The notes: generated by a model not told the origin, from the sequence alone. Counted from the stretch's first letter, positions 29,864 to 41,463 are shown. The stretch: 64,000 bases of DNA from a bacterium (GCA_965203325.1 OZ241875.1:1184001-1248000), one strand, 5' to 3'. Translations and numbers: made by a program.

Positions 29864-31318
29864 TCATACGGCGATCATCTTCTGCTCTTTCAACTTGGCG
29901 AGCAGTTCCTCCATGGTTCCCGCGCCCTTCATGGAATTGCAGGCGCCGCAGAGTAGCTGAAGGTTTTCTATGTGATCCTGCCCGCCTCTCGCCTGCGGCA
30001 CGATATGGTCAATGGTGAAGTTCCTGAACGGGAAATGAACCTTGCAGCCATTGCACCGCCCTTCCTGTAGCCCATAGAGCGTGTGCTTGTGGGTTTTGTA
30101 AATCGGGAAGTCAACAATATCGGTTCGCCTGGGGATGTCCGTGCGGTGGTTTACATTTCCGAAAAGACCCAGCTCTTTAGTCATGCGAAGTTGAACCAAA
30201 TCCACCGCTTTGGGCGATATGTCTATCCCCACCCATTCACGGACGTTTTTCTCCGCCGCGATGAGCGCTGTAGCGCACCCACAGAATGGGTCCAGTATAG
30301 TATCTTCCGGGTTCGATGACGCTTTGATGATGCGCTCCAAAAGCGCAAGTGGTTTTTGCGTGGGATAGCCCAAGCGCTCTTTCCCTATGACTGGCGCAAT
30401 ATCGTTCCAATTGTTTTGTATGGGTACGCCGGGCATTTCATCCAAGTATCGCTTGTAGTTAGGAAATCCTGTTTTCGCATGATAAATTCGACCTTCGCGT
30501 GCGATTTTTCGCATATTGTCTTGAGAATATGCCCAAAATCTTCCCTTATACGGTGGCACTCCCTTGTACTCCCAATTCTCTTTCGGGTTTATATGCTCGT
30601 TATCCAGATCAGCTTCCCATTTTCCTCCTATCGGACGTTTAACTCTCCATTCATAGCTCACGTCTCCACCCGGTTTCGCGGCCGTCAAGTTGTCGACGCG
30701 GTATCGTCTACCGGTACTTTCCTCTATATGGCGATAAAATTGATTTGTATAACTTTCGTCGTACCCAGTGAATACCTGATTCCATTTCCATTTTTTACCC
30801 TTGGTATAGAAGAGGATGACATCTCTTATTTTTCCATGGATCCGGCGCCCTTGTTTCCCGTCATTGTGTGCGCTGGAACGCTTCCAGCTAATCTCAGAGC
30901 GATAATTCTTTGCCCCGAAAATCGCGTCCATGACGAGCTTGAGATAATGGCTCATCGTGGGGTCGCAGTGGAGATAGATTGAACCCGTGGATTTCAGGAT
31001 GCGCCTCATCTCAAGAAGGCGGATCGCCATGTAGATGATGTAGGCCCGATCCGATTTCGTCATGGTGGCGTCGATGACTTTGTAGAGTTCCGGGTTTTCC
31101 TCCGCGATGAGGCCGTGCCACTCCACCGCGATGTCGCTGAGCGTCCACGTATCCTTGAACTCCGCGCCTGCCGCCTCGCTTCCTATCGGCGCGGCGTAAT
31201 TGTGTTTGCTGTTGAATGGCGGGTCGAGATAGATGAGGTCGACGGATTCTGAGTTCATGCCGCGCATGATGTCGAGGTTGTCCCCCGTCCACATCGTGCG
31301 GTTCTTCCAGTTGGTCAT
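29864..31318 (-). CDS. Beta-class N6/N4 DNA methyltransferase with C-terminal HNH nuclease
   Basis: DPPF near the N-terminus, YPTQKP, LDPFCGC, then CNGC...DHIVP...GG..H..NLQLLCGACN. Confidence 0.9.
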   Translation of the reverse strand: MTNWKNRTMWTGDNLDIMRGMNSESVDLIYLDPPFNSKHNYAAPIGSEAAGAEFKDTWTLSDIAVEWHGLIAEENPELYKVIDATMTKSDRAYIIYMAIRLLEMRRILKSTGSIYLHCDPTMSHYLKLVMDAIFGAKNYRSEISWKRSSAHNDGKQGRRIHGKIRDVILFYTKGKKWKWNQVFTGYDESYTNQFYRHIEESTGRRYRVDNLTAAKPGGDVSYEWRVKRPIGGKWEADLDNEHINPKENWEYKGVPPYKGRFWAYSQDNMRKIAREGRIYHAKTGFPNYKRYLDEMPGVPIQNNWNDIAPVIGKERLGYPTQKPLALLERIIKASSNPEDTILDPFCGCATALIAAEKNVREWVGIDISPKAVDLVQLRMTKELGLFGNVNHRTDIPRRTDIVDFPIYKTHKHTLYGLQEGRCNGCKVHFPFRNFTIDHIVPQARGGQDHIENLQLLCGACNSMKGAGTMEELLAKLKEQKMIAV

Positions 31319-31835
31319 ACCAAGCCTCGTGGAACCCACGTCGTCATGGGCCGTTGGTATTGGGTCGCAATGTCTGGATATTGCTTTCGCCACGTATGGG
31401 CTGTCAAGGCCGCTGAGGGCTTCGCCGCCTGCCCGCTCCAAGCGAGGCTCGGCCGTTCCTGCACTTGAAAAGTGCGGGCGGACACGCGGGTCCGCCCCTA
31501 CAGGTTCAAAACCTCGAGCAACCCCTTCCTCATCGGCCGGAATTGATCTCACGACCCGTCATTCCGGCGCATGCCGGAATCCATTTTCGCCTTCGCCTCG
31601 CCGCTCCACCTCCTGAGCACCGCGAGGGATTGCTCGCCGCCGCCTTGCTGGAGCAACTGGTTCCAAGGGACTACATCTTGGGCCAGATGGACTGTATTCT
31701 GGACCAAAGTCGGATGCGCGAGGTAGGTTCGCTTTTCGCCGTTTCATAAGCTTAGTAGGAGGCGATGGAAGTGCCGTGGCACGTGTTTTCTGATAAGTTG
31801 CGGATATGTAACGTTTCCGTGGAGGTGGTCTAACA

Positions 31836-33773
31836 ATGGTGGCAAATAGTAAACGTCGTTATAAAATGACCGTTGCCGGCCAGCTTTTTAAGCATCTTGG
31901 TTTGCAGATGTATTCCGGGGCGGTTCCTGCCATTTCCGAGCTAATCTCGAACGCTTACGACGCTATGGCGAGGAACGTGTGGGTCACCATACCCACGGGA
32001 CGTCCGATCTCCCAGAGTGACGAGATTGTAGTCAAGGACGATGGGCATGGGATGTCTTATGAAGACTGCAATTCTCTTTACCTGTTTGTGGGTAGAGATC
32101 GACGTGGACACCAAAATGAGTGGGCTGAAGAATACAACGAGCTACCTTCTCGAAAAGTTCAGGGAAGAAAAGGTATAGGTAAGCTGGCTGGCTTTGGCAT
32201 CGCTGATTTAATTGGTGTCCGGACTGTCAAAAAAAAAGAAATCTCGCATTTTGAGATGAATTATGGCGAATTAACCAAGAGTTCGAAATTCGCGGACGCA
32301 GAAGGGCATGCACTTGATCCGTTGCCGGGAGACGGCACAAAAACAAAAGAAAAGCCTAGTACAACGATCATTTTGTCACGGTTGAAAATTAGTCGATCTA
32401 TTAACGAAGAAGAATTCAAAAAGAGTATAGCCAGAAGATTATTGGTGTTAGATGAAAACTTTACGGTTCATGTAAACGGAACGCCAATATCAAGGCAAGA
32501 AATTCCGTTTCAGTTCCGATATCCCGAAAATGAGGGTAGCTGGGAAACAGGTGAGCTTAGTAACGGGCAAGAGTTTCAATGGTGGGCGGGTTTTTGTAAG
32601 GATACAATTCCGGATGAAGAGCAACGCGGCTTTGTGGTTTATGCACATGGTAAATTGGCTCAAACCCCATGGTTTTTTGACCTTAGCGGCGGATTGTGGG
32701 GACAACATGGTATGCAGTATCTCACGGGTGAAGTTAAGGCGAATTTCATTGATGAAAGTATAGATTTGATTGCCACCGACAGAGGCACCGTTCGCTGGGA
32801 AAATCCCACCGCTGCGCCCTTGAAAGATTGGGGACAAAAGAAGATTAGAGAGCTACTGGAAAGGTGGGTTGATAGAAGACGCGAAAAAAAGATTAAAAGC
32901 CCCAAAGTAACAAGTTATCTGGAACAGGCCGAAAAACTGCCAGAAAAAGAACGCGAAATTTTCAAAAGAGTAGTTAATCGTATTTGCGACATACCCCAAC
33001 TAGACACGGATCAAGATGGCAAGGATATTGCGGATGAACTCGTGGAGTTCGCTTATAATGCATTAACGAATCGGAGCTTCTTTGACGCGATACGACGATT
33101 GAATGCAGCTTCTCCAGATGACGTTGCCCAATTCACGGAAGTTCTTTCTGATTGGGATATCATCGAAGCCATAAACACTGCCCATCTCGTCAAGGGACGC
33201 GTTGAGATCATTCGCACATTTAAGCAAATGATCAAAGATAAAGTACCAGAAAAACCGGATATGCAAGACTATATCCGAAGACGTCCATGGCTAATTGATC
33301 CGAAGTGGACCGTACTATTTCATGAGAGGTCCCTCGATACAGTAATCAGCGAACAGTTCGAGATAGAGAAATCTGGTGAAATCGAGGGAGGGCAACGGCT
33401 TGATTTCTTTTGCCTTGGAGATGGTTACAAAACTGCGTACATCGTTGAAACAAAGCGACCGGGAGACTTGGTTGGGCGCAAGGAATTTGATCAGCTACGT
33501 GACTATGTTTTGTTCTTACAGGAGAAACTTCAGACTGAGGCTGATGAAGATAACCGGAGAACCACGGTGGGAGGTTTGTTGATAGCGGATAGAATCAGAG
33601 AAGGAGACAAAGGGCATGCGCAATACCATCAAGGAACAGGAACTTTCGATATCCGGTCATGGAATAATCTTCTGACTTCAGCCGAGACGTTGCATAGAGA
33701 GTTCTTCGATGTTGTCATGGAACGTGCCCCCGCTGATGATCCGAGAATGAAAAACTTATCGGAAAGTTCATAA
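31836..33773 (+). CDS. GHKL (MORC/HATPase-like) ATPase fused to a PD-(D/E)XK-like nuclease
   Basis: [23 protein letters not shown]-terminal RLDF...VETKRP...QLRDY. Confidence 0.82.
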   Translation: MVANSKRRYKMTVAGQLFKHLGLQMYSGAVPAISELISNAYDAMARNVWVTIPTGRPISQSDEIVVKDDGHGMSYEDCNSLYLFVGRDRRGHQNEWAEEYNELPSRKVQGRKGIGKLAGFGIADLIGVRTVKKKEISHFEMNYGELTKSSKFADAEGHALDPLPGDGTKTKEKPSTTIILSRLKISRSINEEEFKKSIARRLLVLDENFTVHVNGTPISRQEIPFQFRYPENEGSWETGELSNGQEFQWWAGFCKDTIPDEEQRGFVVYAHGKLAQTPWFFDLSGGLWGQHGMQYLTGEVKANFIDESIDLIATDRGTVRWENPTAAPLKDWGQKKIRELLERWVDRRREKKIKSPKVTSYLEQAEKLPEKEREIFKRVVNRICDIPQLDTDQDGKDIADELVEFAYNALTNRSFFDAIRRLNAASPDDVAQFTEVLSDWDIIEAINTAHLVKGRVEIIRTFKQMIKDKVPEKPDMQDYIRRRPWLIDPKWTVLFHERSLDTVISEQFEIEKSGEIEGGQRLDFFCLGDGYKTAYIVETKRPGDLVGRKEFDQLRDYVLFLQEKLQTEADEDNRRTTVGGLLIADRIREGDKGHAQYHQGTGTFDIRSWNNLLTSAETLHREFFDVVMERAPADDPRMKNLSESS

Positions 33774-33811
33774 GGAAAATGAGGAGCACAAAAGGAAAAC
33801 GAAGATTGAAC

Positions 33812-34918
33812 ATGAAAACGAAGAAACCCATTGCGATTGATTTGTTTGCGGGATGCGGGGGTCTGACCAAGGGGATGCGGGACGCTGGTTTCAGAGTTGC
33901 CGCTGCGGTAGAAATCGATCCTATAGCGGCGCAAACGTATAAGTGGAACAACCGACGAACTCAACTGATCCAAAAAGATATCCGTGATGTTTCTGCCGAG
34001 GAACTTATCCAAGCGGCCGGTAATGCACAAATCTCTCTTTTGGCGGGTTGCGCGCCCTGCCAAGGATTTTGCTCTCTAACGCAGAAGTACCAAGAACCTG
34101 ATCCTCGCAATGAGCTTCTTCTCACGATGGCCGAAATTATTAAGGGGATTTTGCCTCGTGCGATAATGATGGAGAATGTTCCTGGTGTATTAAGACGTGG
34201 TAAGCCGATATTTGATCAATTTGTCGAAGTAATTTCTAACCTCGGATACCACTGCTCGTGGCGTATCGAGCAAATGGCCAATTTCGGAATTCCACAATCC
34301 CGTCGGCGGCTGGTTTTTTTGGCCGGGCTTGGATTCAAAATCCCTTTTCCCGAGCAGACGCACGCGCAACCCTCGGAGCAAGAAACCGATTTGCCTCCAT
34401 GGAAAACTGTCAGGGAAACAATCGGTCACATGAAAGCACCAATTAGATTAAAAGCCGCTCGTCGCAACAGAGGGTCACAAGTCTATAACTGGCACGTAGT
34501 TCGAGACATTCAACCGCATGTGAAGGCGCGACTGTCAGCAGCGAAGCCTGGCCATACCTGGTTGGCGGTTCATGAATCAGTGCGTCCTCAGTGTCACCGA
34601 AACGGTTATAAGGGATTCACGAACACGTACGGCAGAATGGCGTGGGATCAAGTATCTCCGACTATAACCGGGGGTTGTACTACTCCCTCAAAAGGCCGAT
34701 TCGGACATCCTGACAAACGTAGATTTACTATTTCTGTGCGAGAAGCTGCGTTGCTCCAGAGCTTTCCTGAGAATTACAAATTTCGCACGGAGCGGATGGA
34801 TGCCGTGTGTAACTTTATCGGTAACGCGGTACCTCCTCTTTATGGAAAGTTGGTTGCCAAGAAAATCCTGACGGCGCTTGCTGACAACCCCCCACGAGAG
34901 ATAGTCACAGAGCAATGA
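33812..34918 (+). CDS. dcm: C5 DNA cytosine methyltransferase
   Basis: [37 protein letters not shown]. Confidence 0.95.
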   Translation: MKTKKPIAIDLFAGCGGLTKGMRDAGFRVAAAVEIDPIAAQTYKWNNRRTQLIQKDIRDVSAEELIQAAGNAQISLLAGCAPCQGFCSLTQKYQEPDPRNELLLTMAEIIKGILPRAIMMENVPGVLRRGKPIFDQFVEVISNLGYHCSWRIEQMANFGIPQSRRRLVFLAGLGFKIPFPEQTHAQPSEQETDLPPWKTVRETIGHMKAPIRLKAARRNRGSQVYNWHVVRDIQPHVKARLSAAKPGHTWLAVHESVRPQCHRNGYKGFTNTYGRMAWDQVSPTITGGCTTPSKGRFGHPDKRRFTISVREAALLQSFPENYKFRTERMDAVCNFIGNAVPPLYGKLVAKKILTALADNPPREIVTEQ

Positions 34919-35361
34919 GCCGATGGCCTGGAAATGCAAAACGAGAACAAACGACGTTTGGGGGGTTAAGCCGTAGCGAGCTAATGTCTCGCGTTCGCAG
35001 CACGAAGAATCAAACGACGGAAATGAAACTCGCAAGCTTGTTAAGAGTGGCGGGCCTAACTGGTTGGCGTAGACACCAATCCCTTCCGGGGCGACCGGAT
35101 TTCGTCTGGCCCAAGGCGAAACTCGCCGTGTTCGTTGATGGATGTTTTTGGCACGGCCACGATTGCAGGAGTCTCGTTCCAAAGACGAACACGGAAATTT
35201 GGAGAGACAAGATTGAAAAGACTAGGGCTAGGGATCGACGCGCAAATCGCCTATTGCGACAAAAGGGCTGGAAAGTTATACGCATTTGGGAGTGCAGGCT
35301 GAATAAATTTCCTGATCGATGCTTGCTGAGAATAAAACGTAAACTTGAAGAAAGTTCTTAA
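34915..35361 (+). CDS. vsr: Very short patch repair endonuclease
   Basis: [30 protein letters not shown]. Confidence 0.95.
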   Translation: MSRWPGNAKREQTTFGGLSRSELMSRVRSTKNQTTEMKLASLLRVAGLTGWRRHQSLPGRPDFVWPKAKLAVFVDGCFWHGHDCRSLVPKTNTEIWRDKIEKTRARDRRANRLLRQKGWKVIRIWECRLNKFPDRCLLRIKRKLEESS

Positions 35362-35997
35362 ATTAGGGAAAAATAACGGAATCCAACACTGTTGCGAAAT
35401 TCATCCGCCTGGATTCCGGCAATCCCTCCCTCCTCGGTCGGCATTGATTGCCGGAATGACGGCGTTCTCCAAGAAGAATGGGCGGCTCGCGAGCCGCCCC
35501 TACGGAATCGTTATTCTATAACGCCATAGGGCGGCCACTCTCGAACTTCCCCTCCTCGGGGAAATTCGACACCCCTACAACCCCCGAAAATCTGCTTGAC
35601 CTCGCATTTCCCCGCAATTGCCGTTCTGCCTGACATCACGAAACCCGCTATCGTGCGCGCGGCGCAGAAAAGCGGTGATTGCCGCCCACGCGCCGTCTTC
35701 AGGAAGGAACGGAAATCGTTTTGAGGAGAGAAATCATGTTCATGGGTTTTTTAAGGATAACGGCGATAATGAAAGTAATGATATTTTCCGTAAAATACGA
35801 TTAATCATTGTCATAAACCCGGTGTCGGCGCGATAGTATGATTGACTACGTATGTCTACGATAACTGATTGTTTATAATACTATATTTCTGTTATTTCGT
35901 ACCCAGCTACCCCTTGCATTTTCGCCATACATATGCTTGAATACCCTCCAGTTTGATGCCGCACGTATGCGATTTGATTACAGATTCAGGAGGCGGG

Positions 35998-37182
35998 ATG
36001 CCGAAGCGAAGCGAACTGAAACTCACGAAGCGCACCGTCGACGCGCTCGAGGCCGACGGGAAGGACGCGATCTTCTGGGACCGGGAGCTGGCGGGCTTCG
36101 GGGTGCGCGTCCACGCCACGGGCAGGAAGACCTGGGTGGTGCAGTCCCGGGGACCCGGGGGGCCGAAGCGCGTGACGCTCGGCCGTCACGGGGAGCTGCC
36201 CGTCGATGAGGCCAGGAAACAGGCCGCCCTCATTATCGACCGCATCAAGCGCGGCGAGGATTTCAGCGCCGCGGCGCCCGAGGCGGAGACCACCGTGGCG
36301 GGACTTGCCGAACGCTTCATGCGCACCCACGTGGAGCGGCATCTGAAGCCGGCCACCGTCGCGTCGTACCGCTCGGTGCTCGACAAACACATCCTGCCGG
36401 TCCTGGGCGGGATGGGCATGGACGAGATCGGCGGGGCGGAAGTCACGGCGCTCCATCACGGCCTTCGCGATACGCCGGTCCTGGCGAACCAGGCGGTCCA
36501 TCTGCTCTCGCGCATGTTCGTACTTGCCGAAGCGTGGGAGCTGGTACCGCCCGGGCGGAACCCCTGCCTCGCCGTGCGCCGCTACAGGACGCAGGCGCGC
36601 GAGCGGTTCCTGGCGCCTGAGGAATACTGGAGGCTGGGCCTTGCGCTCAGGCAAGCCGAGGCGGAGGGCGGGATATGGCCGCCCGCTATAGCGGCCATCC
36701 GGCTGCTCGTACTTACCGGATGCCGCAGGGGCGAGATACTGAACTTGCGCTGGGACGACGTGGACCGCACGGCGGGGGACCTCAGACTCAGGGACGCCAA
36801 GGCGGGTCCCCGGATGGTGCCCCTGACGAAGCCCGTGCTCAGGGTGCTGGACGGGGTTCCCCATCAGCCGGAGGTTCCCTGGGTGATCGCGGGCCAAAGG
36901 CCGGGGAGGCGCCTCACGGGCCTGCAATACTACTGGCGGTCCGTCCGGGCGCGGGCGGGGCTTCATGACGTGCGCATTCATGACCTCCGGCATTCTTACG
37001 CCAGCCGGGCGCTGGCGCTGGGCGAGAGCCTCTACACGATCGGGAAACTCCTGGGGCACACGAGCGTGGCGACGAGCGCGCGCTACGCGCACCTGATGCG
37101 CGAGGCCGAGAGGGAGGCGGCGGTGCGGGTGGGCGGGAGCATCGGCGCCCACGTCGCGAACGGGAGGGTCGAGCACAGATGA
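35998..37182 (+). CDS. Tyrosine integrase 1 with arm-DNA-binding domain
   Basis: FWDRELAGFGVRV arm domain; TGCRRGE, K, HDLRHSYAS, LLGH, RYAH. Confidence 0.95.
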   Translation: MPKRSELKLTKRTVDALEADGKDAIFWDRELAGFGVRVHATGRKTWVVQSRGPGGPKRVTLGRHGELPVDEARKQAALIIDRIKRGEDFSAAAPEAETTVAGLAERFMRTHVERHLKPATVASYRSVLDKHILPVLGGMGMDEIGGAEVTALHHGLRDTPVLANQAVHLLSRMFVLAEAWELVPPGRNPCLAVRRYRTQARERFLAPEEYWRLGLALRQAEAEGGIWPPAIAAIRLLVLTGCRRGEILNLRWDDVDRTAGDLRLRDAKAGPRMVPLTKPVLRVLDGVPHQPEVPWVIAGQRPGRRLTGLQYYWRSVRARAGLHDVRIHDLRHSYASRALALGESLYTIGKLLGHTSVATSARYAHLMREAEREAAVRVGGSIGAHVANGRVEHR

Positions 37183-38348
37183 AGCAGCCCGTCATGAAAA
37201 CGCTTTCCAACCGCGCGGTCGGGAAGCTCGAAGTTGAGAAGGACACGGTGTTCTGGGACCGGGAGCTCACGGGCTTCGGCGTGAGGGTCTATCCCACCGG
37301 GAGCAAGGTCTACGTCGCCCAGGCGCGGGGTCCCGAGGGTCCCAAACGCGTGGCGGTGGGCCGCCACGGCGTGATCAACGCCGATGAGGCCAGGAAACGC
37401 GCCGCCCACATCATCGCGCGCATCAAGGCGGGCGAGGAGGCGGTTCCCGAACCGATGAAGCCCGCGGGAGGCCCCACGGTGGCCGAGCTGTGCGCGCGCT
37501 ATCTCACGGAATACGTCTCTGTGCGGTGCAAGCCGGGCACCGCCGCGCTCTACCGCTCGGTGATCGACCGCCACGTCCTGCCCGCCCTGGGCAGGCTGCC
37601 GCTGGCCGCGCTCTCGCGCGCGCAGGTGGCGGAATTCCACGAGAGCCTCTACGAGACGCCCGCGGTGGCGAACACGGCGCTCCGCGTCCTGTCCTCGATG
37701 TACCGCCTGGCCGCGGGCTGGGGAATGGTCCCCGAAGGGACATCAAACCCCTGCCGCGCCCTCGTGAAATACCCCGAGCGCAGGCGCGAGCGGTTCCTGA
37801 CGGATTCGGAGTTCACCCGCCTGGGAGAGGCGCTCGAGGAGGCGGAGGCCCGGGGCGGCGTTTCCGCGTCCGCGGTGGCGGCCATCCGACTCCTGGCGCT
37901 TACCGGGTGCCGCAGGAGCGAGATACTCAAACTGCGCCGCGAGGACGTGGCGCTCGAAGCTGCAGAGCTCAGGCTGCCCGATTCCAAGACGGGCGCGCGG
38001 GCGATCCCGCTGCCGCCCCAGGCGGTCGAGCTTCTCTCGGGTCTCCTCGGCGCCCACGACGGCCCCTGGGTCATACCGGGCAGGAAGCCGGGGACGCCCT
38101 TGAGGAACGTCGACGAGGCCTGGCGAATGATAAGGGAGCGCGCGGGACTTCATGACGTCAGGCTTCATGACCTCAGGCACTCGTATGCATCGAGGGCGCT
38201 TGCGCTCGGCGAAGCGCTCCCCGTGATCGGGAAGCTCCTGGGCCACAGCAAGATGGAGACGACGGCGCGCTACGCGCACCTCGCGCGCGACTCGGCGCAG
38301 GAGGCCGCGGAGCGGGTCGCGCAGAGCATCGCCGAAGACATGCTGTAG
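37179..38348 (+). CDS. Tyrosine integrase 2 with arm-DNA-binding domain
   Basis: Paralogue of integrase 1 with all catalytic motifs; ATGA overlap. Confidence 0.95.
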   Translation: MKQPVMKTLSNRAVGKLEVEKDTVFWDRELTGFGVRVYPTGSKVYVAQARGPEGPKRVAVGRHGVINADEARKRAAHIIARIKAGEEAVPEPMKPAGGPTVAELCARYLTEYVSVRCKPGTAALYRSVIDRHVLPALGRLPLAALSRAQVAEFHESLYETPAVANTALRVLSSMYRLAAGWGMVPEGTSNPCRALVKYPERRRERFLTDSEFTRLGEALEEAEARGGVSASAVAAIRLLALTGCRRSEILKLRREDVALEAAELRLPDSKTGARAIPLPPQAVELLSGLLGAHDGPWVIPGRKPGTPLRNVDEAWRMIRERAGLHDVRLHDLRHSYASRALALGEALPVIGKLLGHSKMETTARYAHLARDSAQEAAERVAQSIAEDML

Positions 38349-38378
38349 GTCACCGGGCGCAACTCCCGGGGAATCGGT

Positions 38379-41216
38379 CTATAGCTCCAACCCCCGATCC
38401 GATCGTGTCTTCTCCATCGCCGGCGTCCGCCTCTCCATTGCCTGGGTCGCCTCGTTCGGCTTCTCCGCCCCGATGCTCTCCGCCTTGCCCGCTCCTATCG
38501 CCTCCAGAGCCGCGATCCGCTCGCCCGTCGCGGCTTCGAGCCGCTCGCACAGGGCCTTCGCGTCGTCGGTCACGAGTTCCGCCCTGTCCCGGGCGCGGCT
38601 GATCTCCACATAAAGCGTCTTCTGGTTGGTGAGCTCGGGGTGGTTCGCCTCCATGGCCGCGATGACGGTATCGACCGTCCGGCCCTGGAAGGCGTACACT
38701 GTCGAGGCCCATGCGCGGTCGATATGGCGAAGCTGCGGAACGCCTGCGGTCATGCCGATCGTGCGCCCGCCCTCGACCCGGAAGGTGACGCGGCCGTTCA
38801 TGACGCGCGTCACCTCGGCGGCCTGGCTGTTGACCAGGCCGAGTTCCTTGTCGTTGCGTGTCCAGCGGACCTTGTCGCCGATGCGCAGTTCCATCCGCTC
38901 GACCTTGTAGACCTCGACACCGCCGCTTCGCGCCGCGAGACGGCGGGGCTCCCAGCGGATTTCCCGTCCGTGCCCGCCTTGCAGGATGACTGCGCCGCCT
39001 TCGTGGTCGACGCCTTTCACGCGCAGCTCGTCCCCCTTCTCGACGCCGAGGCGCTTGTAGCGGCGGTGGAAGGCGACGACGTCGCCGGGTGAATAGTTCG
39101 CAGCGAGCGATTTCTCGGGGTTCGTGTAGCCGCGCGAGACGAGGCGATTCGTGAGGAAGGCCGGGCCGCAGACGGCGCCCTCCCGGACCAGGCGCTCGCG
39201 GACGATGGCGTTGATCTGTTCACGAATCGCGTGGCTCGGCGCCATGAGTCCGGCGTTTGCGCGTTCTTCAGGGGAAAGCGCCAGCCAGCGCGCCGCTGCT
39301 GCGCCCGCGAGGTTGTCGGGTTTGACCTCGGCCACGTTCGAGCCGAGCTTGTCGAAGGCGCGCTTCACGTCACCCGCGAGCGTGGCCTCGACGGCGGCTT
39401 TGAGGTCCTGGTCGCGCTGGCGCATGATCTCGTTCATGGTCGCCGTCTTCATGCCCGCCGCCTGCAGCTGCGCGAAGGGTTTGCCGGCGTCGACGGCGTC
39501 CAGTTGTTTCGCATCGCCCACGATCACGACCCGCGGCAGGCGCAGGACCTCCGAGATGCGGAGCAGTTCGCGCATCTCGCGCGTGGAAGCCAGGGAACCC
39601 TCGTCCACGACGAGGGCGGTCTTCGCGTAGCCCGCGCGCAAGTGTTTTCGGGCGCTTCTCTTGAGGCGGCCCTGTGCGACGTCCGCGTATCGCGTGAGGA
39701 AGCGCTGGAGCGTCTCGCTCTCGATCCCGGCTTCCGCTTCGAGCGTCCGCGCGGCCGAGGCCGAGGGCGCGAGGCCCCGGACCTCGTAGCCGCGTTTTTC
39801 AAAAAGCGCGCGGGCGCGCTTCAGCATCTTCGTCTTGCCTGTCCCGGCGTAGCCCTGCACCCCCACCACGCGGTCCTTCTCCGCGAGGATGAGCTTGACG
39901 GCCTCGCGCTGGCCATGCGTCAGCGGTCCCTTGCGCAGGTGCGCGCTCACCATCCAGCCCCGCATGGCGGGCGCGCCCCGCCCGCGTCCCGCTTCCACCA
40001 GGGCGATGGTCTCGCGCTCCGCCGCCGCGGCCTTCTCCGTCGTGAGCATGTCCTTCGCTCCTGGCAGGTCCGCCGCGTGCAGGACGCCGGTCTCCTCCAG
40101 CCTCTTGACCTCGCGCTCCGCGCCCGCCATCGACACGGCGCCGGGCCGCCAGGCGAGCGCGCCCGCGAGCAGGGCCGCGCGGTCGAAGACGGCCTCCCGC
40201 TCCGCCAGGTGCGCCACGGCCCATTCCACGGCCTCCCGGGCGGGTTCGACGACAGCAGCACTCCGGCCGGCGTCGCGGGATACGGCGCTCCTCGCCTTCG
40301 CCCGGTCCTTGAGGCCGGCGGCGTCGAAGCCGAGATCGGCGGCCTGCTTCTCCCAGGCGGCCATGAGGGTCCCCTTGTCGGCCTCCCGCTTGGGGTCCCG
40401 CGTCATGAGCGTGACCCGCTGGGCCGCGCGCTGGTTCCCCGCCGTCTTGCCCAGACCCCGCTCTTCCATGGCCCTCTCGATCTCCGCCCGCCTGGTCGAG
40501 AACGCCTCGATCACATCCCTGGGCACACCTTCGATCTCGAAGCGCCCGTCCGCGTGGGTCTTCTCCACCCGGTAGCCGAACCCTTCGAGACCGCGGGCGA
40601 GTTCGGTCCGGTATATCGCGCCGATCAGCATCTTGTTCGCATAGAGCTTTTCGTTGGACATGGTGCGCCATTTATCGTCGGCGCCACGGACCATGTTGGC
40701 GATAACCGCGTGCGTGTGGAGCAGGGGGTCGAGGTTGCGCGAGGTGTCGTGCCGGAAGGTCGCGACCACGCTCTTCTGATCGCCTGCGCGGACCATGCGC
40801 CCGGTCCCGGGCTCGCTCATCCTGGTCTCGGCGACGTTTCGTTCCACCCATTCCAGGGTGCGCGCGACAGCCATCTGGTGGGCCCACATCGCGCGTCCGT
40901 CGCCGCCGAGGTAGGCCAGCAGCGAGACGGACTTGGGCGCCGAGAGGGTGAGGTCGCGTCCCGGGCGGTGATGGATCACGCCGTCCTTGCCCCTCTTCCC
41001 GAGCCTGCGCCCCGACCCGTCGGGCACCACGCCCTCGAGCACCGTGCGGAGGGTGTCGGGGTCAACCGGCCCTGTGAGTCCCAGGTCTTCGGCGCCCCTG
41101 CCGCGCCAGGCGCTCGCCTCCCGGTGGTTCGGGTCGTCCTTCGCGTAGTAGTCGTCGCGCTCGAAGTAGGACACGCACTGCGCGGGGGAGACTACGGCGC
41201 CGATCGATGCGACCAT
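38379..41216 (-). CDS. trwC: MOBF conjugative relaxase-helicase
   Basis: N-terminal YFERDDYY, DLTLSAPKSVS, HDTSRNLDPLLHTH; helicase GYAGTGKT, DEGSL, QGRT. Confidence 0.95.
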   Translation of the reverse strand: MVASIGAVVSPAQCVSYFERDDYYAKDDPNHREASAWRGRGAEDLGLTGPVDPDTLRTVLEGVVPDGSGRRLGKRGKDGVIHHRPGRDLTLSAPKSVSLLAYLGGDGRAMWAHQMAVARTLEWVERNVAETRMSEPGTGRMVRAGDQKSVVATFRHDTSRNLDPLLHTHAVIANMVRGADDKWRTMSNEKLYANKMLIGAIYRTELARGLEGFGYRVEKTHADGRFEIEGVPRDVIEAFSTRRAEIERAMEERGLGKTAGNQRAAQRVTLMTRDPKREADKGTLMAAWEKQAADLGFDAAGLKDRAKARSAVSRDAGRSAAVVEPAREAVEWAVAHLAEREAVFDRAALLAGALAWRPGAVSMAGAEREVKRLEETGVLHAADLPGAKDMLTTEKAAAAERETIALVEAGRGRGAPAMRGWMVSAHLRKGPLTHGQREAVKLILAEKDRVVGVQGYAGTGKTKMLKRARALFEKRGYEVRGLAPSASAARTLEAEAGIESETLQRFLTRYADVAQGRLKRSARKHLRAGYAKTALVVDEGSLASTREMRELLRISEVLRLPRVVIVGDAKQLDAVDAGKPFAQLQAAGMKTATMNEIMRQRDQDLKAAVEATLAGDVKRAFDKLGSNVAEVKPDNLAGAAAARWLALSPEERANAGLMAPSHAIREQINAIVRERLVREGAVCGPAFLTNRLVSRGYTNPEKSLAANYSPGDVVAFHRRYKRLGVEKGDELRVKGVDHEGGAVILQGGHGREIRWEPRRLAARSGGVEVYKVERMELRIGDKVRWTRNDKELGLVNSQAAEVTRVMNGRVTFRVEGGRTIGMTAGVPQLRHIDRAWASTVYAFQGRTVDTVIAAMEANHPELTNQKTLYVEISRARDRAELVTDDAKALCERLEAATGERIAALEAIGAGKAESIGAEKPNEATQAMERRTPAMEKTRSDRGLEL

Positions 41217-41463
41217 ATCAGCAGCTCCTCAGTCGATTGCCTTGCGGACCCGCGCGTCCGGCCGCATCGCTCGCGCGGCGGCGCTCCCGTACACCCGGGC
41301 GGCATTCACTGTTTCCCTTCATATGCATCTCTCCTTCGCGTTCGAACCTCCCGCCCCGATCCTCCGGCGTCTTGCGGGCGGGGGCGCCCATCGCCCGCAT
41401 GCAGAGCGTAAATAAAGCAAAAACAACTCGTCTGCAAGAGTTTTCGATAGCGTATTTCCAACG

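Noticed and set aside
31319..31552. N-terminal extension of the MTase-HNH ORF
   Set aside because: It runs through REP-like repeat DNA; the domain begins at MTNWKNRT (31318)
35400..35990. tRNA or tmRNA integration target beside the integrases
   Set aside because: No cloverleaf, T-loop GTTCGA or CCA end recognisable; no clear att direct repeat found
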